Origin: Sphaeroforma arctica JP610 | Lineage: Eukaryota | Length of the DNA: 34,770 nt | Assembly: GCF_001186125.1 (NCBI RefSeq) | Contig: NW_014039714.1 | Location: forward strand, 1 to 34,770 | Direction of reading: 5' to 3' | Shown here: positions 1 to 12,000 of the stretch, piece after piece | Numbering within the stretch: the stretch's first letter is position 1 | Layout: each line of letters starts with the position of its first letter | Made by a program: the position numbers and the translations under genes | Notes under the pieces: generated by a model | Databases searched by the model: none | What the model was told of the DNA's origin: nothing | What the model saw: the letters and a program-made list of their open reading frames with translations, nothing else

Positions 1-367
1 GCTATCTACACAACGTTTGTCTTATGCACGAGACATGTGGCGTTTGTGACAGCTCTGGTACTCTTTGAACTGTGTTTATGATCCCTGTCGGGTTTTTATC
101 TGTTAATATATACGGGCAGTATGACATTTACTGAGATGTACATATATACAAAAATAACAAGATTTGAGACATTTTCAAACCATTTGATATGTTACGAACA
201 CTCCCGAATCAACACGGGAACTCTCATCAGTTCCGGACATAGCGAGGATTGACAGATTGAGAGTTCTGCCTGATTTTATGGATCGTGTGGTGTATGGCTG
301 TGCTTCGTCTGTTGACTGCACTAATTGTATTCTCTTCTCCTGCGGCTGTGATACTTTGTTCGCACAG

Positions 368-1693
368 GTGGGACATTCGATGGGCGGCCATCTGGTAACC
401 TACTTTATGAAGTATGTCTCATTGAAGTTGGGATACATTTACGTTCAAGCCTTAGGCTTGTTGTATATGTAGTTCATATAGTATGTCTCATTGATGTTGG
501 GTTATATTTACGTTCAAGCCTCAGGCGTGTTGTATATGTAGTTCATATAGTATGTCTCATTGGTCTTGGGTTATATATGTTAAGGCCTTAAAATAATACA
601 GTCCAGCTATAACGACTACGGTAACATAACTGTAATATTACAGGTTGACTATAAAGACCTCAGAAACATTTACATATTTATATAGTTACGACTACAGTAA
701 TATAGTTCAATTATAAAAACCATCATATTAAAACTATAGCGATATGGTTTACAATGGTTCCTCAGTACACCAGGGAAAGACCGATTCCCTGTCCCCTGCA
801 AGCCTTCGTGCACCTAAGGTTCCAGGGTTTAAAGTTTAGGGTTTTAGGGTTTTAGCGCACTACAATTAGCTCATCCGTACGGTCTCCCCTGTTCTTGTAG
901 GTGGGTGGAGAGTGATCTCGGCGGCAAAGGGGGTAAGGGCTGGGTAGCCAAACACCTGCACGCATTCGTGGGCTTGGCGTCTAGTGCGTTGGGTATGCCC
1001 AAGTCAGTGGGTGCACTTCTCAGTGGCGAGTTTAAGGACACCAGCGCCTTGGGTATGTATGTGTGATGTGTGTCGATGGGATATAATGTGTTAGAACAAT
1101 GTGTGTCTTATCAATGTGCATGTATAGTAGCAAGTATAGTACTAGTTATGATATATGACTGTGTAGTATGATAGTAAATGGTATGTTGGGGTACGTAACT
1201 GTATGTTCTAATACACTTCTGTTTGTACTAATGCATAAACGTATATTAGAATACTTTTAACACATCTGTATGTTTTAATACTTAAACGTATACTATGATA
1301 CGTATCTGTATATTCTAACTCAAATCTGTATATTCTAACTCAAATCTGTATGTTCTAATACACAAACGTACATCATGATACGTACCTGTATATTCTAACA
1401 TATATGTATGTTTTTATACACAAACGTATATAATGATACGTAACTGTATATCCCAATACATATCTGTGTATATATTACAGGTGGCTTGAACCATCTCATC
1501 GATAGTAACACGCTTCTGGGCCGTGCGGCTCGTGCGAAACTACTGCAGACATGGCGGTCTATGTATCAAATGATGCCTAAAGGTGGCGACGCACTCTGGG
1601 GTAAGGGTGTATGTAGTTGAGTGTATAATGTGTGTTGTGTGTGTGTGGGTATGTTTGTTTTTTGTTAGCGTGTATCTGTGTTTATTATATATG

Positions 1694-1724
<31 letters not shown>

Positions 1725-2173
1725 AGGTATGCTTGTATGTATGTATATATATATGTATGTATGTACGTACGTATGTATGTTTGTATCTATGTATGTACCT
1801 ATGTATGTATGCATGTATGTATGGCNNNNNNNNNNNNNNNNNNNNTATATAGCCTAATAGTTGAACATGTACATATATATATATATCACCTCCCAGGCAA
1901 CGGCATTGATTCGGTTGATGATTTCGGCGAGAATGGGACATGCCACTACATGCTCACGGTTTTCCCCAACGACGCGCAGAACCAAAAGTGTCGTGGTAGG
2001 TGCTACATCCCCAAAGGGTGAACAAATAGGACAGGATAAAATAGCCTTTCAGTGTTTTATGGGTTAAAGTTTGTACTCACGCACCCGTACCGGTCTTGGT
2101 GCAAATACTAATTGGCACAAGTACTGAGTTGGTTTTAGGTATTAGGGTTTGTGGTTTTATCTACTTTTTCTTG

Positions 2174-2205
<32 letters not shown>

Positions 2206-4914
2206 TACACACACAAATACACACACGCACACATACACACATATATATATACTAAGATATCTATTGGGCATGTGGCGTATCTGTGTAAATGTATCACACT
2301 TCCACATCAGACGAAGCGTTCAATATGAACGTCTCCACCGGTTACTGATAGGTACTCGAACCACCCAGAAGGGATGCACTCAATGCATACACATACATAT
2401 TGATGGTGTACACACAGATATACATATTGAATCGGTGTACACAAACACATGCATACATATGTGTGCATGGGCATATATATGGACGACTACATGGACGTTC
2501 CAGCATAAACCTTGTGTTTAAAGTTTACGTATATATCAACGAATACATGGATGTTTAAATATAAACTGTGTGTATATATACCACGTACATATGAACGAAG
2601 ACATGTACGTTTAAATATAAACTGTGTGTATATATACCACGTATATATGAACGAACAAATGAACGTTTAAATATAAACTGTGTGCATTTATACCACACAT
2701 GTAATGTACGTTTGAACATAAAACTGTGTATATATATACCACTTATATATGCACGAAGACATGCACATTTAAATATAAACTGTGTATATATACCTCGTAC
2801 ATTTGAATGAACAAATGGACGTTTCCATATAAACTGTAAGTATATATAATACGTATATATGAACGAACACACAGACGTTTAAATATAAACTGTGTGTGTA
2901 TGTAATACGTATATAGGAACGAAGACATGAACGTTTAAATATAAACTGTGTATATATACTCGTTTTTATTGCCTCCACAATCTCAGCGTATTTCGCATTC
3001 AACCCCACCCCCTCCTTCTTCCATATTTAGACGGGTGTTCTACCCCAGTACCGAACTTCCTGACCGATGGCTACTCAGAGATGTGTGAACGCGACGAGAT
3101 GATGCCAAACGTAACCATGTCCACTTTTTTGGACCACTTTCTGACCTCCCAATTTGCCAACACGGCCCCGATTCTGAAGCAGTTCTCGTACGGGTATAGG
3201 TGAGTGATAGGGCTGCCTAAAACCTAAAGCACCAAAGCGATTGTATTCATGGATAAAGCCAATTTTAAATAGCTTCAGAACCAATGCGTGGTTCCCAAAA
3301 ACCCTGCAAATGCCAATTTGGGTTTGTTCTGTTGGTCTGAGATGAAAGACATAATACCACTGCGCTCATGTTATATTATTTTTACGTATTGCAATAGATT
3401 CACCTGCCTATGTATTGCAACTGAAATCTATCATACCATATCTAAATGTCTCTAGCAAAAAAAAACGATTTGGTGCAATACGTCTGACCCACTTTGTCAG
3501 TTCTATTATATATATTATTTTAGCCCCAAATATCACATTTGAATTTAGCTCTATGGGTGCGATTTGATTTGCCTGATCTTAATACACGTGTTTAGAACCC
3601 ACGATTACTATAATCCAAGCTATATATATATATATATATATTTAAATATATCAGTTTCGTCATTTGGCCTAGTATTTCAGGGGCATTGTAAAGCCAGCCT
3701 GGTTCATATCGTGTGGTTGGAGTCAATTGATCCGTGTCTGTAGATATATAGAGTTCTCTGCCCATCATCCCTCTAGTTTCAACATCGTTTTCTACTTTTG
3801 TTCTGTTTGAATGTTGCAAATCCGCTTCACTACCTCAACCACACCTAATATAGCGGACGGTTATCAGATTACGACATTTAGTAATTTACGCCAATAATTT
3901 ACTTGGTTCACGGGTTTTTTTTTATCCGTGCAGTGATACACCCGAAGACAATGACGACGATCCGCTTAAATGGTACAACGCACTCGAGTTCCAACTGCCC
4001 AACGCGCCCGATATGACGATATATTCCATATATGGTATCGGCAAGAACACCGAGAGGGGATATGCTTATCAGGTGCTTGGGCGTGCAGAATTTTAGGTTT
4101 TTTTGGGGTTTTGGGTTTTAAGAACACCGAGAGGGGATATGCTTATCCGGTGAGTGGACGTGTAGGGTTTTATGGCTTTTGTTGGGTTTCAGGGTTTTTA
4201 GGGTTTTTGATTTTAAGAACACCGAAAGGGGATATGCTTATCAGGTGAGTGGACTATGAGACGTGTAGAGTGCGTTGCACCGTGTGGCGTGTGTAGCATT
4301 AGTAAGTGTATCCCCCTCTCTACATGTTTGGGCCTTTGGGTTTAGGGTTTAGCCAAAATCTACCTGTATACTTGATTAGAAACGTGTTTTTGCGCTTCGT
4401 TTTTAGACTTAGTTATATATATGTTGGGTGTTGTATGTGTGTATGTGTTGTGTGTAGTAGAGTGTTTGTTTTTGCCTACTTCTTTATATAGATATGTTGT
4501 ATGTGTGTATGTGTTGTGTGTAGTAGAGTGTTTGTTTTTGCCTACTTCTTTATATAGATATGTTGTATGTGTGTATGTGTTGTGTGTAGTAGTGTGTTTG
4601 TTTTTGCCTACTTTTTTATACAAATATGTTGGGTGTTGTTCGTGTGTTACATGTGTATGTTTAGTATTTCTTGGATGTACATTCAGCTCGTTATATATTT
4701 TTTCTGTATACGCATTCACAATTCAAAAGTACTCGCTCAAATACATACACCTTTATCTGAAGGCTATGGAAACTATTTATTCACGGACAAATACCCGTAT
4801 TTACAAGTACACCCCATTATATAGTATCTACCAATGAACCCTGCCTTATATTCATCTATATTTTCACCTATATATATATCTTTGTGTATATATCTTGTTT
4901 TTATAAATACACAT

Positions 4915-5008
<94 letters not shown>

Positions 5009-5744
5009 TATATATAACTAATAATAATAATAGTTNNNNNNNNNNNNNNNNNNNNNNNNNNNNNNNNNNNNNNNNNNNNNNNNNNNNNNNNNNNNNNNNN
5101 NNNNNNNNNNNNNNNNNNNNNNNNNNNNNNNNNNNNNNNNNNNNNNNNNNNNNNNNNNNNNNNNNNNNNNNNNNNNNNNNNNNNNNNNNNNNNNNNNNNN
5201 NNNNNNNNNNNNNNNNNNNNNNNNNNNNNNNNNNNNNNNNNNNNNNNNNNNNNNNNNNNNNNNNNNNNNNNNNNNNNNNNNNNNNNNNNNNNNNNNNNNN
5301 NNNNNNNNNNNNNNNNNNNNNNNNNNNNNNNNNNNNNNNNNNNNNNNNNNNNNNNNNNNNNNNNNNNNNNNNNNNNNNNNNNNNNNNNNNNNNNNNNNNN
5401 NNNNNNNNNNNNNNNNNNNNNNNNNNNNNNNNNNNNNNNNNNNNNNNNNNNNNNNNNNNNNNNNNNNNNNNNNNNNNNNNNNNNNNNNNNNNNNNNNNNN
5501 NNNNNNNNNNNNNNNNNNNNNNNNNNNNNNNNNNNNNNNNNNNNNNNNNNNNNNNNNNNNNNNNNNNNNNNNNNNNNNNNNNNNNNNNNNNNNNNNNNNN
5601 NNNNNNNNNNNNNNNNNNNNNNNNNNNNNNNNNNNNNNNTANATANATTATTATAAATATANAGGTNTATATATATATAGGTATATATATATATATATAT
5701 ATTATTATTATATATTATTATATTATATATTATATATTATATAT

Positions 5745-5810
<66 letters not shown>

Positions 5811-6936
5811 CGTATTTGTGTGTTGTGTAGCTTTATTGGATACTATAAAACGGCCTTTTTCATCCATGTTTATGTGACATAAATGTTTATCTGCTTGATG
5901 CATGGATTTCCTTGATTTGTATGTGGTGAGGGCATATACGAGTATATTTATTTATACTTTCTAACTATTTATGTGTGTATACATCTGAGTGGTTCACTGT
6001 AAGCGTTCATACCTACCTGTATATCTATGTATGCATCGGTGTACATGTATCAATATATGCAAATATACGTATGTATTCATGTGATATCCTGCATTCATGT
6101 GGGCGTATGTTCATAATCCTAACTACCAATCCCTTGCAATGTTTATTCTCCTCTGCAGCCCATCCGTTATTTCCAAGGGGAGGTGAACACACAGGTATGT
6201 TAGTATATCACTCTGAACGAGTTCGTGTGTGGCTTGAGTGTTATCATCGCATGGTGGCATACTCTATTGTTCTTTTGACATGCTCTCGTTTTCTTTGGTC
6301 CATGCTTGGTGCTGTGACCCCCGTAATTCTCATTCAAACCGGGACCTTGCCACGGCATTTACAATTGTCGTTGTGAACAGTATTGCGATTCAACTTTGTT
6401 TCAGAGTCTTTGCTTACGTACGTGGAGTGTTTTTGTATCACTCCCAACTCTCCACACTTTATACGAATTGTCCTGTAGGTAAGATGTTCTGTACGTATGT
6501 TGTCCAGGTAATTTGTATTGTAGGTACATTGTCCTGTACATAAATTGTTCAGTACGTATGTTGCTCGGTAGGTAAGTTGTGTTGTAGGGTGTAGGGTTAC
6601 AGGTGTGGGTATAGTCCCTATTTGCGCTGTCCCTGAGAAACCGTCCTCATTGGTACATTAACTTTGTACAAAACAGGCGACCACGTGGATATCTTGGGCA
6701 ATATCGATCTGAATGAAGATGTAGTGCGGATTGCCTGTGGGGAGGCCCTGAAGGACAACTATCATTCCTATATCCGGGAGATAGGTAAAGCAGCGCACAA
6801 ACGGCTACAAGCAGCTGCTAGTAGACAATTAAAGAGAAGGAGCAGGCGGCAGGACAAGACGCAACAACAGCCGCAAGCAGCTTCTGTGGGCGCCAGAGTG
6901 GCTGAGAAAGTGGCCGAGTATATCCCTGGTTTGTGA
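368..6936 (+). CDS. PDAT: Phospholipid:diacylglycerol acyltransferase (LCAT family, PDAT/Lro1-like), 5'-partial, multi-exon. Exons 368-411, 901-1052, 1481-1600, 1897-1995, (2311-2340 tentative), 3031-3199, 3934-4072, [exon(s) probably hidden in gap 5036-5639], 6159-6194, 6677-6936
   Basis: Spliced with ag/gt boundaries in consistent phase. Peptides: [62 protein letters not shown] (GHSMG nucleophile elbow plus the Lro1-type SGExKDT), [73 protein letters not shown] (catalytic His). The catalytic-Asp GDGTV exon was not seen and is presumably in the N-gap. Confidence 0.9.
412..575. repeat. 69-bp tandem repeat (~2.3 copies) beginning exactly at the splice donor of a PDAT exon
   Basis: gtatgtctcattg... 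recurs at 412, 481 and 550. Confidence 0.85.
1195..1470. repeat. Degenerate intronic minisatellite (ctgtatgttctaatacac-like units)
   Basis: Repeated ctgta(t/c)(a/g)ttcta a motifs. Confidence 0.65.
2520..2960. repeat. ~56-59-bp tandem repeat, about 7 copies, intronic
   Basis: gtttaaatataaactgtgtgtatatataccacgt...gaacgaa repeated. Confidence 0.85.
4043..4250 (+). repeat. Triplicated PDAT exon 3' end plus splice donor, separated by T/G-rich telomere-like spacers
   Basis: aagaacaccga(g/a)aggggatatgcttatc(a/c)g|gtg at 4043, 4120 and 4215. Confidence 0.9.
4420..4660. repeat. ~59-bp tandem repeat (3-4 copies), intronic
   Basis: gttgtatgtgtgtatgtgttgtgtgtagtagagtgtttgtttttgcctacttc repeated. Confidence 0.85.
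5036..5639. other. Assembly gap flanked by (TA)n, probably hiding PDAT exon(s)
   Basis: N run. Other gaps lie at 1826-1844, 9513-10395, 22823-23143 and 32922-33417, mostly next to microsatellites. Confidence 0.95.
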
Positions 6937-7205
6937 TCCACCGAGTCGGCTCAAGGGCCAGGCGAAGCAGCACACAAACGGCTACGAGCAGCTGCTAGTA
7001 GACAATTAAAGAGGAGGAGAAGGCGGCAGGACAAGACACAACAACAGCCGCAAGCAGTTTCTGTGGGTGCCAGAGTGGCTGAGAGAGTTGCTGCCCGTGA
7101 CTCCTTCCCTCCCCCGCTGGTTTGTACTAGGCTTATGTGCACGCGTTGCCATAGAGACGGGTATAGCCCCGGGGTTTGTGGTCCACGCGATTTGGCTCGA
7201 GGGTG
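6788..7205 (+). repeat. Tandem duplication (177-bp offset) overlapping the PDAT C-terminus and 3' flank
   Basis: aagcagc(g/a)cacaaacggctac...gccagagtggctgaga at 6788 and 6965, in the same reading frame. Confidence 0.85.
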
Positions 7206-7654
7206 GGGATGGGTAATGCAACTGCTGAGTGAGTGTCGGCTGTTACACCCGGATGACCTAACGAACCAGTTCAAAAGGCAACGGACAGGGTTTTAGGGTT
7301 GAGGGTTTAGGATTTCGCAGTGTTTGAAAATGTATTGGGCACTCAGCAACTCGCATTAAGACGAGAGGTAGAGGACTCTATTGGATATGAGGTAGATAGG
7401 TCACCTATGATTGGTTAAGAGAGTTATATGACACAGAGCACCAGCCACGGGGTAGTGTGTTTATGAACTGCCAAGTAGGGAAGAAGTGATTTGTTGGCTG
7501 CTAAGATGGGTCCTTATATAGTGCACGCACCCATATATAGCGCAAGCGAGTATTTAACCTTAGCTTGAATTATATCCTGCGAGGACTACAGCAGTCAACC
7601 ATGGGGCGAGCATCCTAATGTGCAACGGGCGTTGAGAATGCATCCATATCCACA

Positions 7655-7990
7655 CCCATATGTACATCAATATGCACCTATATGTACATCAATATGTACT
7701 CATATATACATTATATGTACCTATATGTACATTATATGTACATCAGTATGTACTCATATCTACATTAATATGTACTCATATCTACATTAACATGTACTTA
7801 TATATGACAATTATATGTATATCAATATGTACTTTTATGTACATCAATATATACTTATATCTACATTAAAATGTACCTATATCTACTTTAATATGTACTT
7901 GTATCTTCATTAATATGTACTTGTATATACATTAATATGTATTTATCTGTACATTAATATGTACTTAGATGTACATCAACATGTACTTGT
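7655..7990. repeat. AT-rich minisatellite (tacattaatatgtacttata-like)
   Basis: ~20-22-bp degenerate units. Confidence 0.8.
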
Positions 7991-8411
7991 CGGATCGTGC
8001 AGTGGGAGGTAGCGCTAGTGCGCGACTGGCTCTAGCGACTGTGAAGAATACGCATGGGATTCGCACACGTGGTAGTACAGTGACACGGCGGTGTACGGTT
8101 AGCACGTGCACCTGTAGTCATTGTGTACGAATTATGAACCTGCCCCATGCCGACTACAAAGACAGCTGAAGGCTGGTTGTCATAGCAACGTTGGTTGCCA
8201 CAGCAACGCCAAGAACACAAGCCGAGTAAGGTTGTATATGCTAGCCCCAAGAAACGGGGTAGAAGCCTAAGGAAGCGCACGTGTCACGACCTCGGTAGGG
8301 TGGTTGCCATAACAACTCCAAATAAAGCGCACATATTTCAACTAGTATTGCCAGATTCTGTACCGAGTTGCATTTTATTTCCGATTGTTTATTTTGTTTT
8401 TAAAAAAAATT

Positions 8412-8915
8412 AAAGCTGTCGATGAAACAGGTCCTGGGTCTAATTATTTAGGGCCACCAGCGGAAAACAGGACTAAGCTGCACCCAGTCTTGCGTACTGT
8501 CCTCCGTCGGGTGCATTCCACCTTCACTCATAGCCCTCTAAATTATACACTTCACAGCGCCTTTAATTTCAAATACCGAACTGTATTGACATTTATTTCA
8601 AAATATTGGTCTTGACAAAGTAGTCCATGAAACAAAGTCCTGGTCCAATTGTTTGGGACCGCCAGGGGTAGGTACTATTCTCCCTTGACAAAGTAGTCCA
8701 TGAAACAAAGTCCTGGTCCAATTGTTTGGGACCGCCAGGGGTAGGTACTATTCTCCGTCGGGTGCATTCCATCTGCAATGCGCGATTATTCTCAAATACC
8801 GAACTGTATTGACATTTATTTGTCATGATAAAGCGGTCCATGAAACAAGTCCTGGTCCAATTATTTGGGACCCCTCAGGGGTGGGTACTATCGTCAGTTG
8901 GGTGCATTCCACCTA
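8412..8915. repeat. Complex nested tandem repeat downstream of GME
   Basis: gtccatgaaacaaagtcctggtccaattgtttgggac core x4 (one near-exact 74-bp duplication, ~8611-8756), gggtgcattcca x3, caaataccgaactgtattgacatttattt x2. Confidence 0.8.
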
Positions 8916-9007
8916 CGCGGTGCGATGATTTACATACACTTGCTCTTCTGAGCAGTTCATAGTCATAGTCCACCCACACAGTCCCTACTATCGTCCGCTC
9001 TTCATAC

Positions 9008-12000
9008 CTACAAGCCACCCTCCGCGTCTATTTCATGCACCCCATTACCTGAGGGCAGGTGCATGTTGTCCAGGACTTTATTTTGGGCCACCTTGTGCTG
9101 TACCGCTGAAGGGGCCTCGATATTTTGGGGTGTGGGCTTGTGACTCGGTGCGTAAGTCTGCACCACAGTGCTGTGGTTGTAGTCGTTGTTCTGGCCCTGT
9201 TGCTTCTCTAGCGCGATCTGAATAGGATATTGGATAGGAAATTGGGTTGAGATGAATTTTAGGTTTTCGTGATTAGATTTAAATCTGTAGGAATTGGGAA
9301 TTGGGGATTATATCTGATGGCGCTGGTGTGTAGATTTAACATGCCGACGGAGGTTTCGAACTCTTAGGGTCTAATAAATTACAGACTTCCATTAGATCTG
9401 TTGGGAGGAATCGGGAAATGGGAATTAGAACTGCTAGTGCTGTTGTGTGAATTTAGCATGTCATTGGAGGCTATATATATATATATATATATATATAGTA
9501 GGTCGTTCGCCGNNNNNNNNNNNNNNNNNNNNNNNNNNNNNNNNNNNNNNNNNNNNNNNNNNNNNNNNNNNNNNNNNNNNNNNNNNNNNNNNNNNNNNNN
9601 NNNNNNNNNNNNNNNNNNNNNNNNNNNNNNNNNNNNNNNNNNNNNNNNNNNNNNNNNNNNNNNNNNNNNNNNNNNNNNNNNNNNNNNNNNNNNNNNNNNN
9701 NNNNNNNNNNNNNNNNNNNNNNNNNNNNNNNNNNNNNNNNNNNNNNNNNNNNNNNNNNNNNNNNNNNNNNNNNNNNNNNNNNNNNNNNNNNNNNNNNNNN
9801 NNNNNNNNNNNNNNNNNNNNNNNNNNNNNNNNNNNNNNNNNNNNNNNNNNNNNNNNNNNNNNNNNNNNNNNNNNNNNNNNNNNNNNNNNNNNNNNNNNNN
9901 NNNNNNNNNNNNNNNNNNNNNNNNNNNNNNNNNNNNNNNNNNNNNNNNNNNNNNNNNNNNNNNNNNNNNNNNNNNNNNNNNNNNNNNNNNNNNNNNNNNN
10001 NNNNNNNNNNNNNNNNNNNNNNNNNNNNNNNNNNNNNNNNNNNNNNNNNNNNNNNNNNNNNNNNNNNNNNNNNNNNNNNNNNNNNNNNNNNNNNNNNNNN
10101 NNNNNNNNNNNNNNNNNNNNNNNNNNNNNNNNNNNNNNNNNNNNNNNNNNNNNNNNNNNNNNNNNNNNNNNNNNNNNNNNNNNNNNNNNNNNNNNNNNNN
10201 NNNNNNNNNNNNNNNNNNNNNNNNNNNNNNNNNNNNNNNNNNNNNNNNNNNNNNNNNNNNNNNNNNNNNNNNNNNNNNNNNNNNNNNNNNNNNNNNNNNN
10301 NNNNNNNNNNNNNNNNNNNNNNNNNNNNNNNNNNNNNNNNNNNNNNNNNNNNNNNNNNNNNNNNNNNNNNNNNNNNNNNNNNNNNNNNNNNNNNNTATAG
10401 GCGTTTGCCGACTCCCCGTATCAAATCAGGTCTACGTTCCAACTACTGAAGTGGCTCTTACTGAAGGTAAATAAAGTGTATGTGTATGTACCCTTTCTGC
10501 ATTCCACCTTTATACTGCAGTATAGTCGCTCTATACTGCAGGAACGTCTATGTTGTTCACGTGAGTATCATTGATATAAGCTCAGTACAACTCTGCCAGG
10601 AAACACACAACACACGGCCCCAACGTAACTAGCTATACAACATACAGCAAGCTAATAGCGACTAACAGGCGCTTTGGACATACTTTAACATAGGCTTTGT
10701 TCATGGCCCATCAACCTGAACACAGGCATTCAGGTGCTGAAACATTCGCCACATGTATGTTTGTATATGTATATGAGCATCCTGGGGGTCTATGCCACAT
10801 GGGTAGCTATACCACACGTGTAGTGCTATGTATTGGTTCCTAGTCAAGGCGAACATGCATAGCTTGCACCTACCTGGTCTTTGATCCAGTAGTATGTTTT
10901 CCTCAGCCCTTCCTCCAGGCTCGTGGTGTAGTCCCAATTGAGTACCTTTCGCACCAGATCATTGTTGGAGTTGCGTCCACGGACACCCTCCGGTCCGGGG
11001 ATGTGTTTAATACGTAATTTCTGTACAATAAAGTGGTTTTATTGTTAGCAGTGCTTATATATATATATATATAAAGTCTATATATATATATGTGTGTGTG
11101 CCCAATAAAACGTGTGATTCTGATTACGCAGCCACTATCGTACAACCTACCTACTTCATCTCCAATTTGTTCTCGTCACACACGAACTCCATCGCACACA
11201 TGCACAAAACCTACGAGCTTTTTAAACCAATTTAAACATTTTTTAGTCAGGGACTTGGCCAGTTGGGGTAGTGAGGACAGTGAACTAGAGTGAACCTTCA
11301 AAAATACCAATCACAATCCTTCCGCCTGCACCTCCTCACACCTCACACCCCACACCCACACCTTATTCTCAAACGACATAGCCATCTTAGCGAAGTCGTT
11401 CATGGCCACCATCTCCTCCGACCCGATGTTCATGGGCTCGCCATAGTCCGAGTCTGTGAGGCGGATTATACCAGCCACACAGTCGTCTATAAATAGAAAC
11501 GACCGTGTCTGTAGACCGTCACCCCACATTTCCATTTCTGTGTCCGCTGCGATGACCTTTCGGCAGAAGGCAGCCGGTGCTTTCTCACGGCCGCCCTTCC
11601 AGGTTCCCTGTGTGGAGGTGAGGAAATGTGAATAGCCAGCGGTGTATTGGGGGTATGTAGATAGTCGGTTGTGAATTGGGATGATATAGAGAAACAGTGG
11701 TGTACTGAAGCTATGAAGTCAGTCAGCGGAGTACTGGGTTTACTCTATATATATATATATATTTACATATATACGTATATATATATATATATACGTACAT
11801 ATGTACTGGGTTACGTATATATATATATATATAGTGATGAATTGGGGTTAAATAGTGAGTCCGGTCATTGTACTTGGATTATCAACAACCATAATTGCCT
11901 CACGACCAGTTTGGGTGTTTTTCAAGCGCTGCTAGTAGGATTTTGGGAACAAGAAAATCAGCAAGTAGTACGAAGGCTGCAGCTTGTCGAATTATTACCT

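Noticed and set aside
1540..2521. YIYI/HTHT/CVCV-rich ORFs (also 4306-4837, 13204-13413, 17467-17730, 34534-34770)
   Set aside because: Translations of microsatellites or tandem repeats; only the embedded PDAT exon 1897-1995 is real.
7370..7560. LTR-like promoter (several ATTGG boxes followed by TATATA)
   Set aside because: No second LTR, PBS/PPT or pol remnants, and short motifs are expected by chance.
8412..8915. CRISPR-like array
   Set aside because: No constant-length unique spacers, no cas genes, and a eukaryotic intron-containing context. It is a nested tandem duplication; the same applies to 26300-26647.
7990..9048. GME fused to a downstream domain via a donor at ~9048
   Set aside because: No convincing phase-compatible coding exon was found on the minus strand before the convergent PDAT 3' end, and the exon closes naturally at TAG 9008.
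9401..10474. Long ORFs in the ORF track (also 22788-23402 and 32803-33663)
   Set aside because: Artefacts of N-gaps.
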